From: an uncultured SAR86 cluster bacterium
GTDB lineage: Bacteria; Pseudomonadota; Gammaproteobacteria; Magnimaribacterales; D2472
DNA length: 64,000 nt
Assembly: GCA_902628925.1 (NCBI GenBank)
Contig: CACOPA010000002.1
Coordinates: 6,690 to 70,689, forward strand
Direction: 5' to 3'
Shown here: positions 42,917-51,481 of the stretch, one piece after another
How the letters are laid out: each line of letters starts with the position of its first letter
Numbering within the stretch: the first letter of the stretch is position 1
Program-made: the position numbers and the translations under genes
Notes under the pieces: model-generated
What the model saw: only the letters and a program-made list of their open reading frames with translations
Databases searched by the model: none
What the model was told of the DNA's origin: nothing

Positions 42917-43267
42917 TGGTGGAGGCGGCGGGAATTGAACCCGCGTCCGTTAGTCCTTCAACCTAACTTCTACATGCTTAGCTTTTTCTTTTTGTTTCGT
43001 ATTAATGATCCGAAAAGCAGGATACTTAATACTAGCCTAAATAAAATTTTGGAGTTTAATCGTTAAGGCACCGAAAAAATCCTAGACTATGAAATTTCCC
43101 AGTACTTCAAACCATAGTCAATTTTTGTACTGGTTAGCCAATTAAGCGGCTAATGCGTAGTTGTCGTTTTCTGCAACTAAATTTTTTGTGATACGTTTTA
43201 CAAGAGTTATCACGATCTTGGCATGCGCTTTGGAATCCAATAAAAACGTCGAACCCAATTCGCCCCC
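42917..43267 (-). ncRNA. ssrA: tmRNA (SsrA), one-piece
   Basis: 5' GGGGGCGAATTGGGTTCGACG and 3' GCGGGTTCAATTCCCGCCGCCTCCACCA form a tRNA-Ala-like acceptor with G3:U. Internal tag reading frame GCA GAA AAC GAC AAC TAC GCA TTA GCC GCT TAA (43174-43142) gives AENDNYALAA. Sits downstream of smpB. Confidence 0.93.
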
Positions 43268-43293
43268 ATGGGGTGCAAGATTATATATGAATT

Positions 43294-43755
43294 TTATGAT
43301 TTGTTAGAATTTTTAAGAATTCTGCTTTTTTGCCTTTCCCAATCTCTTTTTTTAATATCTTCTCTTTGATCAAACTTTTTCTTTCCCTTGCCAATAGCGA
43401 TGTCGCACTTTACTTTATTATTTTTCCAATAAAGCTTTGTTAGCACGCATGTTTCCCCTTTTTTACTTACCGCATCACCAATTGAAAAGATTTCTTTTTT
43501 ATGCAGAAGCAATTTTCTTGATCGAGTAATGTCAACTTGATTTTGTATGGATCCAGGCGCATCAATCTTTAGGCCAATTAACCATGCCTCATCATCTTTA
43601 AGTGTCACATAAGTATCTTTTGCATCAACCTTACCCATTCTCAGACTTTTAACTTCCCAACCCTCAAGCGAAATACCAGCTTGAAATGTCTCATTCAAGG
43701 AAAAGTTCCTTCGCGCATTTTTATTTAATACAATTGTATTATCAGGTTTAGTCAT
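43294..43755 (-). CDS. smpB: SsrA-binding protein SmpB
   Basis: NKNARRNF...EAGISLEGWEVKSLR and LLLHKKEI motifs. Adjacent to ssrA. Confidence 0.97.
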   Translation of the reverse strand: MTKPDNTIVLNKNARRNFSLNETFQAGISLEGWEVKSLRMGKVDAKDTYVTLKDDEAWLIGLKIDAPGSIQNQVDITRSRKLLLHKKEIFSIGDAVSKKGETCVLTKLYWKNNKVKCDIAIGKGKKKFDQREDIKKRDWERQKSRILKNSNKS

Positions 43756-43793
43756 ATCCGTTAATAATACTACCTATCTTCGTTAATTTATAA

Positions 43794-44234
43794 ATGGAAA
43801 ACATAAAGAAAAAAAACTTTTATATTTATCTGGGTTTGTCACTTTTTATTTTCTTAGCTATTGCTCCATGGATTCTGTCACATGAACTGTCTTTATTTTT
43901 ATTGAGATCATTTAATTCATATCTAGCAATTGTAATAAGCTTTATTGCTGGAAGTTTGTGGTGGAGAGATAATCTCAAAAAAGACATTCATTTAGAAGCT
44001 ATTGTTATATCGATGCTTGCCTTCGCAGCAGTTCTCATTTTTGAATTCAGTCAAGGCATAGCAATTATTTTGCAAATTATGTTGATTAATTTTTTATTAA
44101 GATTTGAGCTAAAAGTCATTGGTGAATATGAAAACATCCTGAGCTATATTGAGACTAGAAAGCTAGCAACTTATATAATTACAATATTGTGTGTAATTCA
44201 GCTCGCCTACATATTTAATCCTTACGTAAATTAA
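43794..44234 (+). CDS. small integral membrane protein, function unknown (about 4 hydrophobic segments)
   Basis: 146 aa, hydrophobic throughout. Family not confidently recognised. Confidence 0.6.
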   Translation: MENIKKKNFYIYLGLSLFIFLAIAPWILSHELSLFLLRSFNSYLAIVISFIAGSLWWRDNLKKDIHLEAIVISMLAFAAVLIFEFSQGIAIILQIMLINFLLRFELKVIGEYENILSYIETRKLATYIITILCVIQLAYIFNPYVN

Positions 44235-44236
44235 AC

Positions 44237-45589
44237 ATGAATAAAAATACAATTACCTGGATCGGCAAATGGACATTTATCTTGGCAGCTGCCGGCTCTG
44301 CAGTTGGCCTTGGAAACATATGGGGCTTTCCCTATAAAGCAGGAACTAATGGAGGGGGTGCATTTGTTCTCATTTATCTTGGATGTATTTTTATGATTGG
44401 CTTGCCCATAATGATGGCAGAAATAATCATTGGAAGAAGTGCCAGAAAAAGTCCGGTTAATGCTATGAAAAATGGCGCTATAGAATCAGGGGCAAGCCCT
44501 AAGTGGCAGATTGTTGGATGGGGAGGATTACTTTCTGGCATTCTGATTCTTTCTTTTTATAGTGTTTTAGCAGGAATATGCCTAAACTATATTGGTATTT
44601 CAGCAGGCGCTAGTTCAGCCATGTCATCAGTGGAAGAATTTTCTCGAGCTACTGCATCTGCCACTAATTTACTTTTTTGGCACACAGTCTTTATTAGTCT
44701 TAATATTTTCATTATTGCTTACGGTGTCATTTCCGGTATTGAGAGAGTAATTAACTTCATGATGCCAGTATTATTTATTCTAATCATTGTTATGGTGCTA
44801 AATGCAATGATTAATGGTGACTTTATGCGGGGCTTGAGTTTCATGTTTGCACCTGACTTTTCTCAGGTAACACCAGCTACTTTTCTCAGCGCAATGGGCC
44901 AAGCCTTTTTTAGTCTGAGTTTAGGAATGGGGTCAATAATGTGTTATGGGTCTTATATGCCAGATGATGAGAACATATTTAAGACCTCGCTGACTGTTGC
45001 TGGATTAGATACTTTGATTGCAATTATGGCAGGCTTAGCAATATTTCCGATTATATTTGCTTATGGATTAGATGCGGCATCAGGACCCAATCTTGTATTT
45101 GTAAGTATGTTGTCTGCTTTTTCAGACATGCCATTTGGTAATTTGTTAGGCCCTGTGTTTTTTATACTGCTTTCGATCGCTGCATTGAGTAGCTCGATCT
45201 CATTGTTAGAACCCAGTGTTGCTTATTTTGATGAAGAAAAAATTGTTTCAAGGCCTGTGGCTGCAATTTCACTTGGTTTTATTGCATGGTTATTAGGTAT
45301 TGGAAGTTTATTAAGTTTTAATCTCTGGTCCGACAAAACTTTTATAGCTGGATTAGATTTTTTAGGCTCAATGGACTTTATTACAAATCAGCTTTTAATG
45401 CCATTAGGGGGGATGTTTGTAGCAATCTTTGCCGGTTGGTTTCTTAGTACAAAAATTGTTGTAGGAGAGCTTTCAGAAGGGCAAGAGAAAGTATTTAATA
45501 TTTGGAAGTTTTTTATTAAATTTGTTTCGCCTGTACTGGTAGCGGCCGTGTTCATCAATCAGTTAATTCCTTTCTTTCATAACCTCTAA
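44237..45589 (+). CDS. sodium-dependent transporter, neurotransmitter:sodium symporter (SNF/NSS) family
   Basis: N-terminal AAGSAVGLGNIWGFPY hallmark of NSS transporters. About 11-12 hydrophobic segments. Confidence 0.9.
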   Translation: MNKNTITWIGKWTFILAAAGSAVGLGNIWGFPYKAGTNGGGAFVLIYLGCIFMIGLPIMMAEIIIGRSARKSPVNAMKNGAIESGASPKWQIVGWGGLLSGILILSFYSVLAGICLNYIGISAGASSAMSSVEEFSRATASATNLLFWHTVFISLNIFIIAYGVISGIERVINFMMPVLFILIIVMVLNAMINGDFMRGLSFMFAPDFSQVTPATFLSAMGQAFFSLSLGMGSIMCYGSYMPDDENIFKTSLTVAGLDTLIAIMAGLAIFPIIFAYGLDAASGPNLVFVSMLSAFSDMPFGNLLGPVFFILLSIAALSSSISLLEPSVAYFDEEKIVSRPVAAISLGFIAWLLGIGSLLSFNLWSDKTFIAGLDFLGSMDFITNQLLMPLGGMFVAIFAGWFLSTKIVVGELSEGQEKVFNIWKFFIKFVSPVLVAAVFINQLIPFFHNL

Positions 45590-45591
45590 AG

Positions 45592-46008
45592 TTGACCAGA
45601 AGAATTGATAAAGAAGTTGAAGTTAATCATTCGCCCGCTGAAGTCTTAGAACTTATCTTTGCGTATGAAAATTATTCACGTTTTATACCAGGCTGTATTT
45701 CGTCAACAAAAAAAGAAATCACAGACTCACAGACTCAAGGAAAGCTAGTCTTTAGTTTTTTGAATAAAGATTATATTTTTGAATCCTTGAATGAAGAAAT
45801 TGAAGGTGGTTTAAAAATGGATCAAATTTCTGGACCGTTTAAATCATTTAAATCCTTTTGGCAGGTAACCTCAGCTAATAATAAAACTTTAATTCAATTT
45901 TCAGCTGAGTTTGAAACAAACTATATTTTGGCATTCCTTGCCACAGATAAAAGAATTGATACGTTAGCTGATAAAATTATCTCTGCTTTTTTAGGTCAGC
46001 TAAGATGA
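45592..46008 (+). CDS. ratA: SRPBCC-fold protein of the RatA/YfjG (Coq10-like) family
   Basis: TTG start. YSRFIPGC and GPFKSFKSFWQV match the E. coli RatA pattern. Followed by the RnfH-like partner gene, as in E. coli. Confidence 0.8.
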   Translation: MTRRIDKEVEVNHSPAEVLELIFAYENYSRFIPGCISSTKKEITDSQTQGKLVFSFLNKDYIFESLNEEIEGGLKMDQISGPFKSFKSFWQVTSANNKTLIQFSAEFETNYILAFLATDKRIDTLADKIISAFLGQLR

Positions 46009-46286
46009 AAATTTTTTTCTCATACTCAGAAAATAATATAACCCATCTGAAGTCATTTGAGCTTGCAGAGGGTTCAACCGTAGATGAATTGTTAGAAATT
46101 GATGAAGTAAGGCAAGTTATCGAATTCCAAAACGCAGATTATAAAATAGGAGTTAATGGAGAAATATTGGACGGCAAGTTTTTTCCTGTTCCCAAAAAAT
46201 ACAGACTTCAGGAAGGCGAAAGGGTTGAAATTTATAATTCTTTGAAGGTTGATCCTAAAGATAATAGAAAGAAGAGGGCACTATAG
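46005..46286 (+). CDS. ratB: RnfH-family (UPF0125) ubiquitin-like protein
   Basis: GERVEIYNSLKVDPKDNRKKRA matches the YfjF/RnfH C-terminal motif. ATGA overlap with ratA. Confidence 0.8.
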   Translation: MKIFFSYSENNITHLKSFELAEGSTVDELLEIDEVRQVIEFQNADYKIGVNGEILDGKFFPVPKKYRLQEGERVEIYNSLKVDPKDNRKKRAL

Positions 46287-46616
46287 CTAATCGACTGACT
46301 CCTCAAGATTCCAGCTATCTAAAATACCTTGATCATTAAAAAATAAAGTCAATTTTTTTTCTGCAAGATTTCTGTCTCCAACTTTAACGGAGTAGTAATA
46401 ATCCCATCTTTTATTTGAAAGAGGAGATTTAGCTAATGGTGTTCCAAGAAGGTATCTAATCTGATCTTGATTTAGTCCAGACTTAAGTTTTTCAATATCC
46501 TCTTCATCCACTATGTTTCCTTGTAGTACTGGAACCTCATAAGGGCTCAAGGCTGAACACCCAATAAAGAATAAGATGCAAAAAGAAATAAAATATTTGC
46601 TTGATAATTGCTTCAT
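46287..46616 (-). CDS. bamE: outer membrane protein assembly factor BamE (SmpA/OmlA lipoprotein)
   Basis: Lipobox FFIGC, LQGNIVDEEDIEKLKSGLNQDQIRYLLGTPL matches BamE. Divergent from fur as in Pseudomonas. Confidence 0.9.
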   Translation of the reverse strand: MKQLSSKYFISFCILFFIGCSALSPYEVPVLQGNIVDEEDIEKLKSGLNQDQIRYLLGTPLAKSPLSNKRWDYYYSVKVGDRNLAEKKLTLFFNDQGILDSWNLEESVD

Positions 46617-46635
46617 AGACTTGATTGTTTATACT

Positions 46636-46650
46636 TGATGAAATCATTTT
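46636..46650. promoter_or_regulatory. weak Fur-box-like element upstream of fur
   Basis: TGATGAAATCATTTT contains ATGA-N2-TCAT dyad symmetry and AATCATT as in GATAATGATAATCATTATC. It is an imperfect match and needs a 1-nt gap. Confidence 0.3.
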
Positions 46651-46661
46651 ACTTGAGTTTA

Positions 46662-47069
46662 ATGTCCAAAGAAAACAATGAACTAAAAAAGGCTGGATTA
46701 AAAGCAACCCTCCCTAGAATAAGAATTCTTGAGGTTTTAGAGGGGAGTGCTGATAACCACTTATCTGCAGAGGATATCTATAAAAACTTAATTGCTAATG
46801 GAGAGGATGTAGGGCTTGCCACTGTATACAGAGTGCTAACACAATTCGAGTCTGCTGACATTGTAACGCGTCATAACTTTGAGAGTGGTCATTCAGTTTA
46901 TGAAATTACGCCTGATGATCACCATGATCACATGGTTTGTCTTGAAACTGGAGATGTTATTGAGTTTCATAATGAAATCATTGAAAAGCAACAAGAAAAA
47001 ATTGCTTCTGAAATGGGTTATGAAATCGTTGATCACTCAATGGTTCTTTACGTTAAACCAAAAAAATAG
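46662..47069 (+). CDS. fur: ferric uptake regulator Fur
   Basis: LKKAGLKATLPRIRILEVL, ATVYRVLTQFE and HHDHMVC motifs. Start at ATG 46662. The track start at 46608 overlaps bamE. Confidence 0.96.
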   Translation: MSKENNELKKAGLKATLPRIRILEVLEGSADNHLSAEDIYKNLIANGEDVGLATVYRVLTQFESADIVTRHNFESGHSVYEITPDDHHDHMVCLETGDVIEFHNEIIEKQQEKIASEMGYEIVDHSMVLYVKPKK

Positions 47070-47082
47070 GTAACTTAAATTC

Positions 47083-47110
47083 CTTGAACTCCTTACCCTA
47101 GTCCATATAT
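47083..47110 (+). promoter_or_regulatory. heat-shock (sigma32-type) promoter candidate for grpE-dnaK-dnaJ-dapB
   Basis: CTTGAA (47083-47088), 14 nt, CCATATAT (47103-47110), compared with consensus CTTGAA-N13-15-CCCCATNT. A sigma70 reading TTGAAC-16-TATATA is also possible. Confidence 0.5.
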
Positions 47111-47128
47111 AGACATAAGGGTGGAGTG

Positions 47129-47659
47129 ATGTCAAAAAAGAAAGATAAAGATATTCAAACTGAAGATAAAACTGAAGATGTTTGCCATGATGGTGAGACT
47201 TTGGTTGAATCAGAGGATTCTCCAGATCAAGCTGACCTCATTGAAGAACTGGAAGACAAGCTTTTGAGATCAAGGGCTGAGATTGAAAACCTTAGCCGCA
47301 GGCACTTAGTGGATTTGGAAAAAGCTCACAAGTATGGGGTTGAAAATTTATTGTCTGAATTATTGCCTGTCATAGACAACCTTGAGCATGCTATTAACAA
47401 TTTCGGTGATGATAGTCGATCTGAAGATCGAGAAGGCATTGAATTAACCTTAAAGTCTTTTGAGTCTGCACTTGATAAATTCAACATGATACCCATAAAC
47501 CCTTTAGGAGAGGAATTTAACCCGGAAATGCATGAAGCTGTAAGCATTCAGCCTGATAAAGACCTTGAGGATAATCAAATATCAGATGTCTTGCAGCGTG
47601 GGTGGCAAGTGCATGAAAGAGTTGTAAGACCTGCGAGGGTAATAGTGGTTAAAAATTAG
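47129..47659 (+). CDS. grpE: nucleotide exchange factor GrpE
   Basis: [21 protein letters not shown] and RPARVIV motifs. ATG 47129 (GTG 47126 also possible). Confidence 0.96.
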   Translation: MSKKKDKDIQTEDKTEDVCHDGETLVESEDSPDQADLIEELEDKLLRSRAEIENLSRRHLVDLEKAHKYGVENLLSELLPVIDNLEHAINNFGDDSRSEDREGIELTLKSFESALDKFNMIPINPLGEEFNPEMHEAVSIQPDKDLEDNQISDVLQRGWQVHERVVRPARVIVVKN

Positions 47660-47667
47660 GAAAAAGT

Positions 47668-49581
47668 ATGTCAAAAATTATAGGAATAGACTTAGGTACA
47701 ACAAACAGCTGTTTAGCAGTTGTTGAAGGTGGAAGCCCAAAGGTTATAGAAAATAACGAAGGTGGTAGAACAACTCCATCTGTTATTGCCTACACAGATG
47801 GAAATGAGGTTCTGGTTGGTACACCTGCCAAAAGACAAGCTGTAACAAATCCTGAAAATACAATTTATGCAATTAAGCGTTTAATTGGAAGAAGATTTAG
47901 TGATGATGTTGTTAAGAAAGACATCGATATGGTGCCCTATGCAATTACCGAAGCTGAAAATGGTGATGCATGGGTTAAATCAGGTGATAAAGAGCTAGCA
48001 CCCCCACAAGTCTCAGCAGAAATTTTAAAGAAATTAAAGAAGAGTGCTGAAGATTACCTTGGGCATGAAGTAAAGGAGGCTGTGATTACTGTTCCAGCTT
48101 ACTTTAACGATTCTCAAAGACAGGCCACCAAAGATGCTGGAAAGATTGCTGGCCTAGATGTCAAAAGAATTATTAATGAACCTACTGCGGCGGCATTAGC
48201 TTATGGATTAGATAAGAAGAAAGGCGACTCAACCGTGGCTGTTTATGACCTTGGTGGAGGTACCTTTGATATCTCAATCATTGAAATTTCTGAAGTTGAT
48301 GGCGAACATCAATTTGAGGTTTTGTCCACAAATGGAGATACCTTCTTAGGTGGTGAGGACTTTGATTTAAAACTTATAGATTTTTTTGTTGAAGAATTCA
48401 AAAATGAGTCCGGATTTGATTTAAAGAGTGATCCACTAGCTCTGCAAAGACTCAAAGAGGCAGCTGAAAAGGCTAAGATAGAACTATCATCTAGCGAGCA
48501 AACCGAAGTCAATTTACCTTACATTACCGCCGATGCTTCAGGGCCAAAACATTTTGTGCAAAAAATAACTCGAGCTAAATTAGAAGGTTTAGTCGAAGAT
48601 CTTGTTGAAAAAAGTTTAAAACCTATGCAGTTGGCTTTGGACGATGCAAAACTAAGCATAAATGAGATAGATGAAGTATTGCTTGTTGGCGGTCAAACAA
48701 GAATGCCTCTTGTGCAAGAGAAAGTAAAAAATTTTTTTGGTAAAGAAGCCAAGAAAGATTTAAATCCTGATGAGGCTGTTGCGCTTGGAGCAGCAATTCA
48801 AGGATCTGTTCTTTCTGGAGACACTAAAGATGTTCTGTTATTGGATGTGACGCCATTAACCTTAGGTATTGAAACTTTAGGAGGTGTAGCGACACCACTG
48901 ATAGAAAAAAATACAACTATTCCAACACAAAAATCACAAGTTTTCTCAACTGCTGAGGATAATCAGTCTGCAGTAACTGTTCATGTTATTCAAGGTGAGA
49001 GAAAACAAGCATCAGAAAATAAATCTTTGGGTCAGTTCAATCTTGAGGATATTCCGCCTGCACAGAGAGGCATGCCGCAAATTGAAGTTTCTTTTGATTT
49101 AGATGCAAATGGAATTTTAAATGTGTCTGCAAAGGATAAGAAAACAGGCAAAGAGCAGTCCATAGTGATTAAAGCTTCTAGTGGTCTTTCAGATGAGGAT
49201 ATTGAAAAAATGGTGAAAGATGCAGAAGCTAATGCCGAAGAAGATAAAAAATTTGAAGGTCTAGTGCAAGCAAAAAATAATGCTGACATGCTAGTTCATG
49301 CCACAAGAAAAACTGTTGATGAGTCTGGCGATAAATTAAGTGATGATGAAAAAGAATCCATTGAAAAGGCAGTTACTGATTTAGAGAATGCCATCAAAGA
49401 GGAAAACATTGATTCCATTGAAGCCTCAACAAAATCATTAAATGATGTTCTAACACCTTTATCTGAAAAGCTTTATCAAGCAGGTGAAGATCAAGGCGTG
49501 TCTGAAGAACCTAATAATTCTGATGATGAAAATACTGTAGAAGCAGAATTTGAAGAAGTAAAAGAAGAAGATTCTAAGTAA
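47668..49581 (+). CDS. dnaK: molecular chaperone DnaK (Hsp70)
   Basis: [18 protein letters not shown] and [11 protein letters not shown] signatures. 637 aa. Confidence 0.99.
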   Translation: MSKIIGIDLGTTNSCLAVVEGGSPKVIENNEGGRTTPSVIAYTDGNEVLVGTPAKRQAVTNPENTIYAIKRLIGRRFSDDVVKKDIDMVPYAITEAENGDAWVKSGDKELAPPQVSAEILKKLKKSAEDYLGHEVKEAVITVPAYFNDSQRQATKDAGKIAGLDVKRIINEPTAAALAYGLDKKKGDSTVAVYDLGGGTFDISIIEISEVDGEHQFEVLSTNGDTFLGGEDFDLKLIDFFVEEFKNESGFDLKSDPLALQRLKEAAEKAKIELSSSEQTEVNLPYITADASGPKHFVQKITRAKLEGLVEDLVEKSLKPMQLALDDAKLSINEIDEVLLVGGQTRMPLVQEKVKNFFGKEAKKDLNPDEAVALGAAIQGSVLSGDTKDVLLLDVTPLTLGIETLGGVATPLIEKNTTIPTQKSQVFSTAEDNQSAVTVHVIQGERKQASENKSLGQFNLEDIPPAQRGMPQIEVSFDLDANGILNVSAKDKKTGKEQSIVIKASSGLSDEDIEKMVKDAEANAEEDKKFEGLVQAKNNADMLVHATRKTVDESGDKLSDDEKESIEKAVTDLENAIKEENIDSIEASTKSLNDVLTPLSEKLYQAGEDQGVSEEPNNSDDENTVEAEFEEVKEEDSK

Positions 49582-49584
49582 GTT

Positions 49585-50688
49585 ATGTCAAAACGGGACT
49601 ACTACGAAGTTCTTGGGGTCTCGAGATCTGCTTCAAAGCAGGAACTAAAGAAAGCTTTTAAAAAACTTGCAATGAAATATCATCCAGACCGAAATCCGGA
49701 TGATCAAGCTGCTGCTGACAAATTCAAAGAAGCTGCTGAAGCATACGAAATTCTATCTGATGCCGAAAAAAAAGCTGCATATGATCAATTTGGTCATAGT
49801 GGTGTTACTGGAATGGGCGGTGGCGCTGGGTTTCAAGACTTTGACTTTGGTGACATCTTCGGTGATATTTTTGGGGATGTATTTGGCGGCAGGTCACGTT
49901 CCAGAGGGCGAGCAAGACGAGGAGATGATCTTCAATATCAGCTAGATCTCTCTCTAAAGGACGCAATTTTTGGTATAAAAAAGGAAATCGATATTCCTAG
50001 GTTATCTGTTTGCACCACTTGTGATGGCACCGGTGCAAAACCAGGTACGCAACCTGTTACTTGCAGACAATGCAACGGAGTTGGCCAAATCAGAATGCAA
50101 CAGGGATTTTTTTCAGTACAACAAACATGCCCAAGTTGTAACGGTAGCGGAACCACTATCGAGGAGTATTGTTCGTCGTGTCACGGTAAAGGCTTAACTC
50201 AATCAACTAAAAAGCTGTCTGTGACAATACCAGCTGGTGTAGACCATGGAGATAAAGTAAGACTATCTGGAGAAGGTAATGCTGTTTCAGGGGGACAAAA
50301 TGGTGACCTATACGTAGTTATAAATGTGCTTCCAAATAAGATTTTTGAAAGAAATAATATGGACCTATATTTTGAAGCTCCCATTTCATTTGAGACAGCA
50401 ATTCTTGGCGGCTCAATAGAGGTACCAACATTAGAATCAAAAATTTCTCTCAAAATACCTCCATCAACGCAAACAGGAAAAATCTTTAAAGTATCTGGTA
50501 AAGGCGCTACTTCTGTTCAAAGATCAGGAAGGGGCGATCTTCTTTGCAGAGTTGTTGTTGAAACTCCGATAAATTTAAGTAAGCAGCAAAAAGAATTATT
50601 ATCACAAGTCGCCTCTGAAAATAATGAATCTAATTATCCTATTCAATCATCCTTCAAAAGTGCTGCCGAAGATTTCCTAAAAGAATAA
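49585..50688 (+). CDS. dnaJ: molecular chaperone DnaJ
   Basis: J domain with KYHPDRN, a G/F region, four CxxCxGxG zinc motifs. Confidence 0.99.
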   Translation: MSKRDYYEVLGVSRSASKQELKKAFKKLAMKYHPDRNPDDQAAADKFKEAAEAYEILSDAEKKAAYDQFGHSGVTGMGGGAGFQDFDFGDIFGDIFGDVFGGRSRSRGRARRGDDLQYQLDLSLKDAIFGIKKEIDIPRLSVCTTCDGTGAKPGTQPVTCRQCNGVGQIRMQQGFFSVQQTCPSCNGSGTTIEEYCSSCHGKGLTQSTKKLSVTIPAGVDHGDKVRLSGEGNAVSGGQNGDLYVVINVLPNKIFERNNMDLYFEAPISFETAILGGSIEVPTLESKISLKIPPSTQTGKIFKVSGKGATSVQRSGRGDLLCRVVVETPINLSKQQKELLSQVASENNESNYPIQSSFKSAAEDFLKE

Positions 50689-51359
50689 TGTTGATTGCTT
50701 TAAGCGGCTTCTCTGGAAAAATGGGTGAGAGCATAAAAGAAGTAGCTGACAATTCCTATCAAATAGTTGATTTTAAATCAGCAGACCTGCAAAAAAATAA
50801 ACCTGATGTCATCATCGACTTTTCTTCTCCTGATCAATCACTAAAAGTTATTAAATGCTGTCTAAAGTTAAAAATTCCTTTAGTTATTGGCACAACCGGT
50901 CTTAACTCAGATCATGTGGCTGAAATTTATGATGCTTCAAACAAGATTCCAATTTGTCTCGATGCGAATTTCTCTCCAGGAGTTCATAAACTGATATCAA
51001 ACATAGAGGCTTTTCTGACTAGTGCTCAGGAAAAAATTACCGGCATAACCATAAGTGAAATTCATCATACCAACAAAGTGGATGCTCCATCTGGAACAGC
51101 ATTAATGATCCAAAAAAAAATTCTAGAAAGATTCTCAGATCTAAATCTTAGCTTTAATATGCTTTCTGAAAGAAAAGGCGATGTTTACGGAATACATCAA
51201 GTTTCACTGCTAAGCAATGAATCAGTTGTTTGCACATTTGCGCACAAAGCAGAAAATAGAAGTATTTTTGCCAACGGGGCAATTAAAGCTGCAAAGCTAC
51301 TTATAAATAAAAAACCAAATTTGTATTCAGTCAAGGATTTTTTACCAGATTTGCTTTAA
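50688..51359 (+). CDS. dapB: 4-hydroxy-tetrahydrodipicolinate reductase (compact 223-aa form)
   Basis: GFSGKMG dinucleotide-binding motif and EIHHTNKVDAPSGTAL signature. TAATG overlap with dnaJ. Confidence 0.9.
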   Translation: MLIALSGFSGKMGESIKEVADNSYQIVDFKSADLQKNKPDVIIDFSSPDQSLKVIKCCLKLKIPLVIGTTGLNSDHVAEIYDASNKIPICLDANFSPGVHKLISNIEAFLTSAQEKITGITISEIHHTNKVDAPSGTALMIQKKILERFSDLNLSFNMLSERKGDVYGIHQVSLLSNESVVCTFAHKAENRSIFANGAIKAAKLLINKKPNLYSVKDFLPDLL

Positions 51360-51383
51360 ATAGTGCGCAAATTTAATTAGAAT
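51355..51383 (+). promoter_or_regulatory. promoter candidate for rpsB-tsf
   Basis: TTTAAA (51355-51360), 17 nt, TAGAAT (51378-51383). Confidence 0.4.
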
Positions 51384-51389
51384 ACGACC

Positions 51390-51481
51390 ACTTTTAATCA
51401 CGAAAGCGAGTTATTCCAACAAACTGGGTGCTCTAATGAGTTTTTTGTTGGTACGCTGGAGAATTTAACCCGGAGGTATAT
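51390..51481 (+). promoter_or_regulatory. structured rpsB (S2) leader candidate with possible pseudoknot at the SD
   Basis: 8-bp stem CCAACAAA (51416-51423) / TTTGTTGG (51444-51451). Loop CTGGGT (51424-51429) can pair with ACCCGG (51468-51473), which overlaps SD GGAGG (51472-51476). Confidence 0.55.

Noticed and set aside
46608-46661. 18-codon N-terminal extension of fur overlapping the bamE start
   Set aside because: The Fur homology starts at MSKENNELKKAGLK (ATG 46662). The extension would remove the whole divergent promoter spacer.
49840-49890. Tandem near-repeat DNA (GGTGACATCTTCGGTGATATTTTTGGGGATGTATTTGGC) in dnaJ
   Set aside because: It encodes the [14 protein letters not shown] part of the normal DnaJ G/F-rich region. 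It is not a repeat element.
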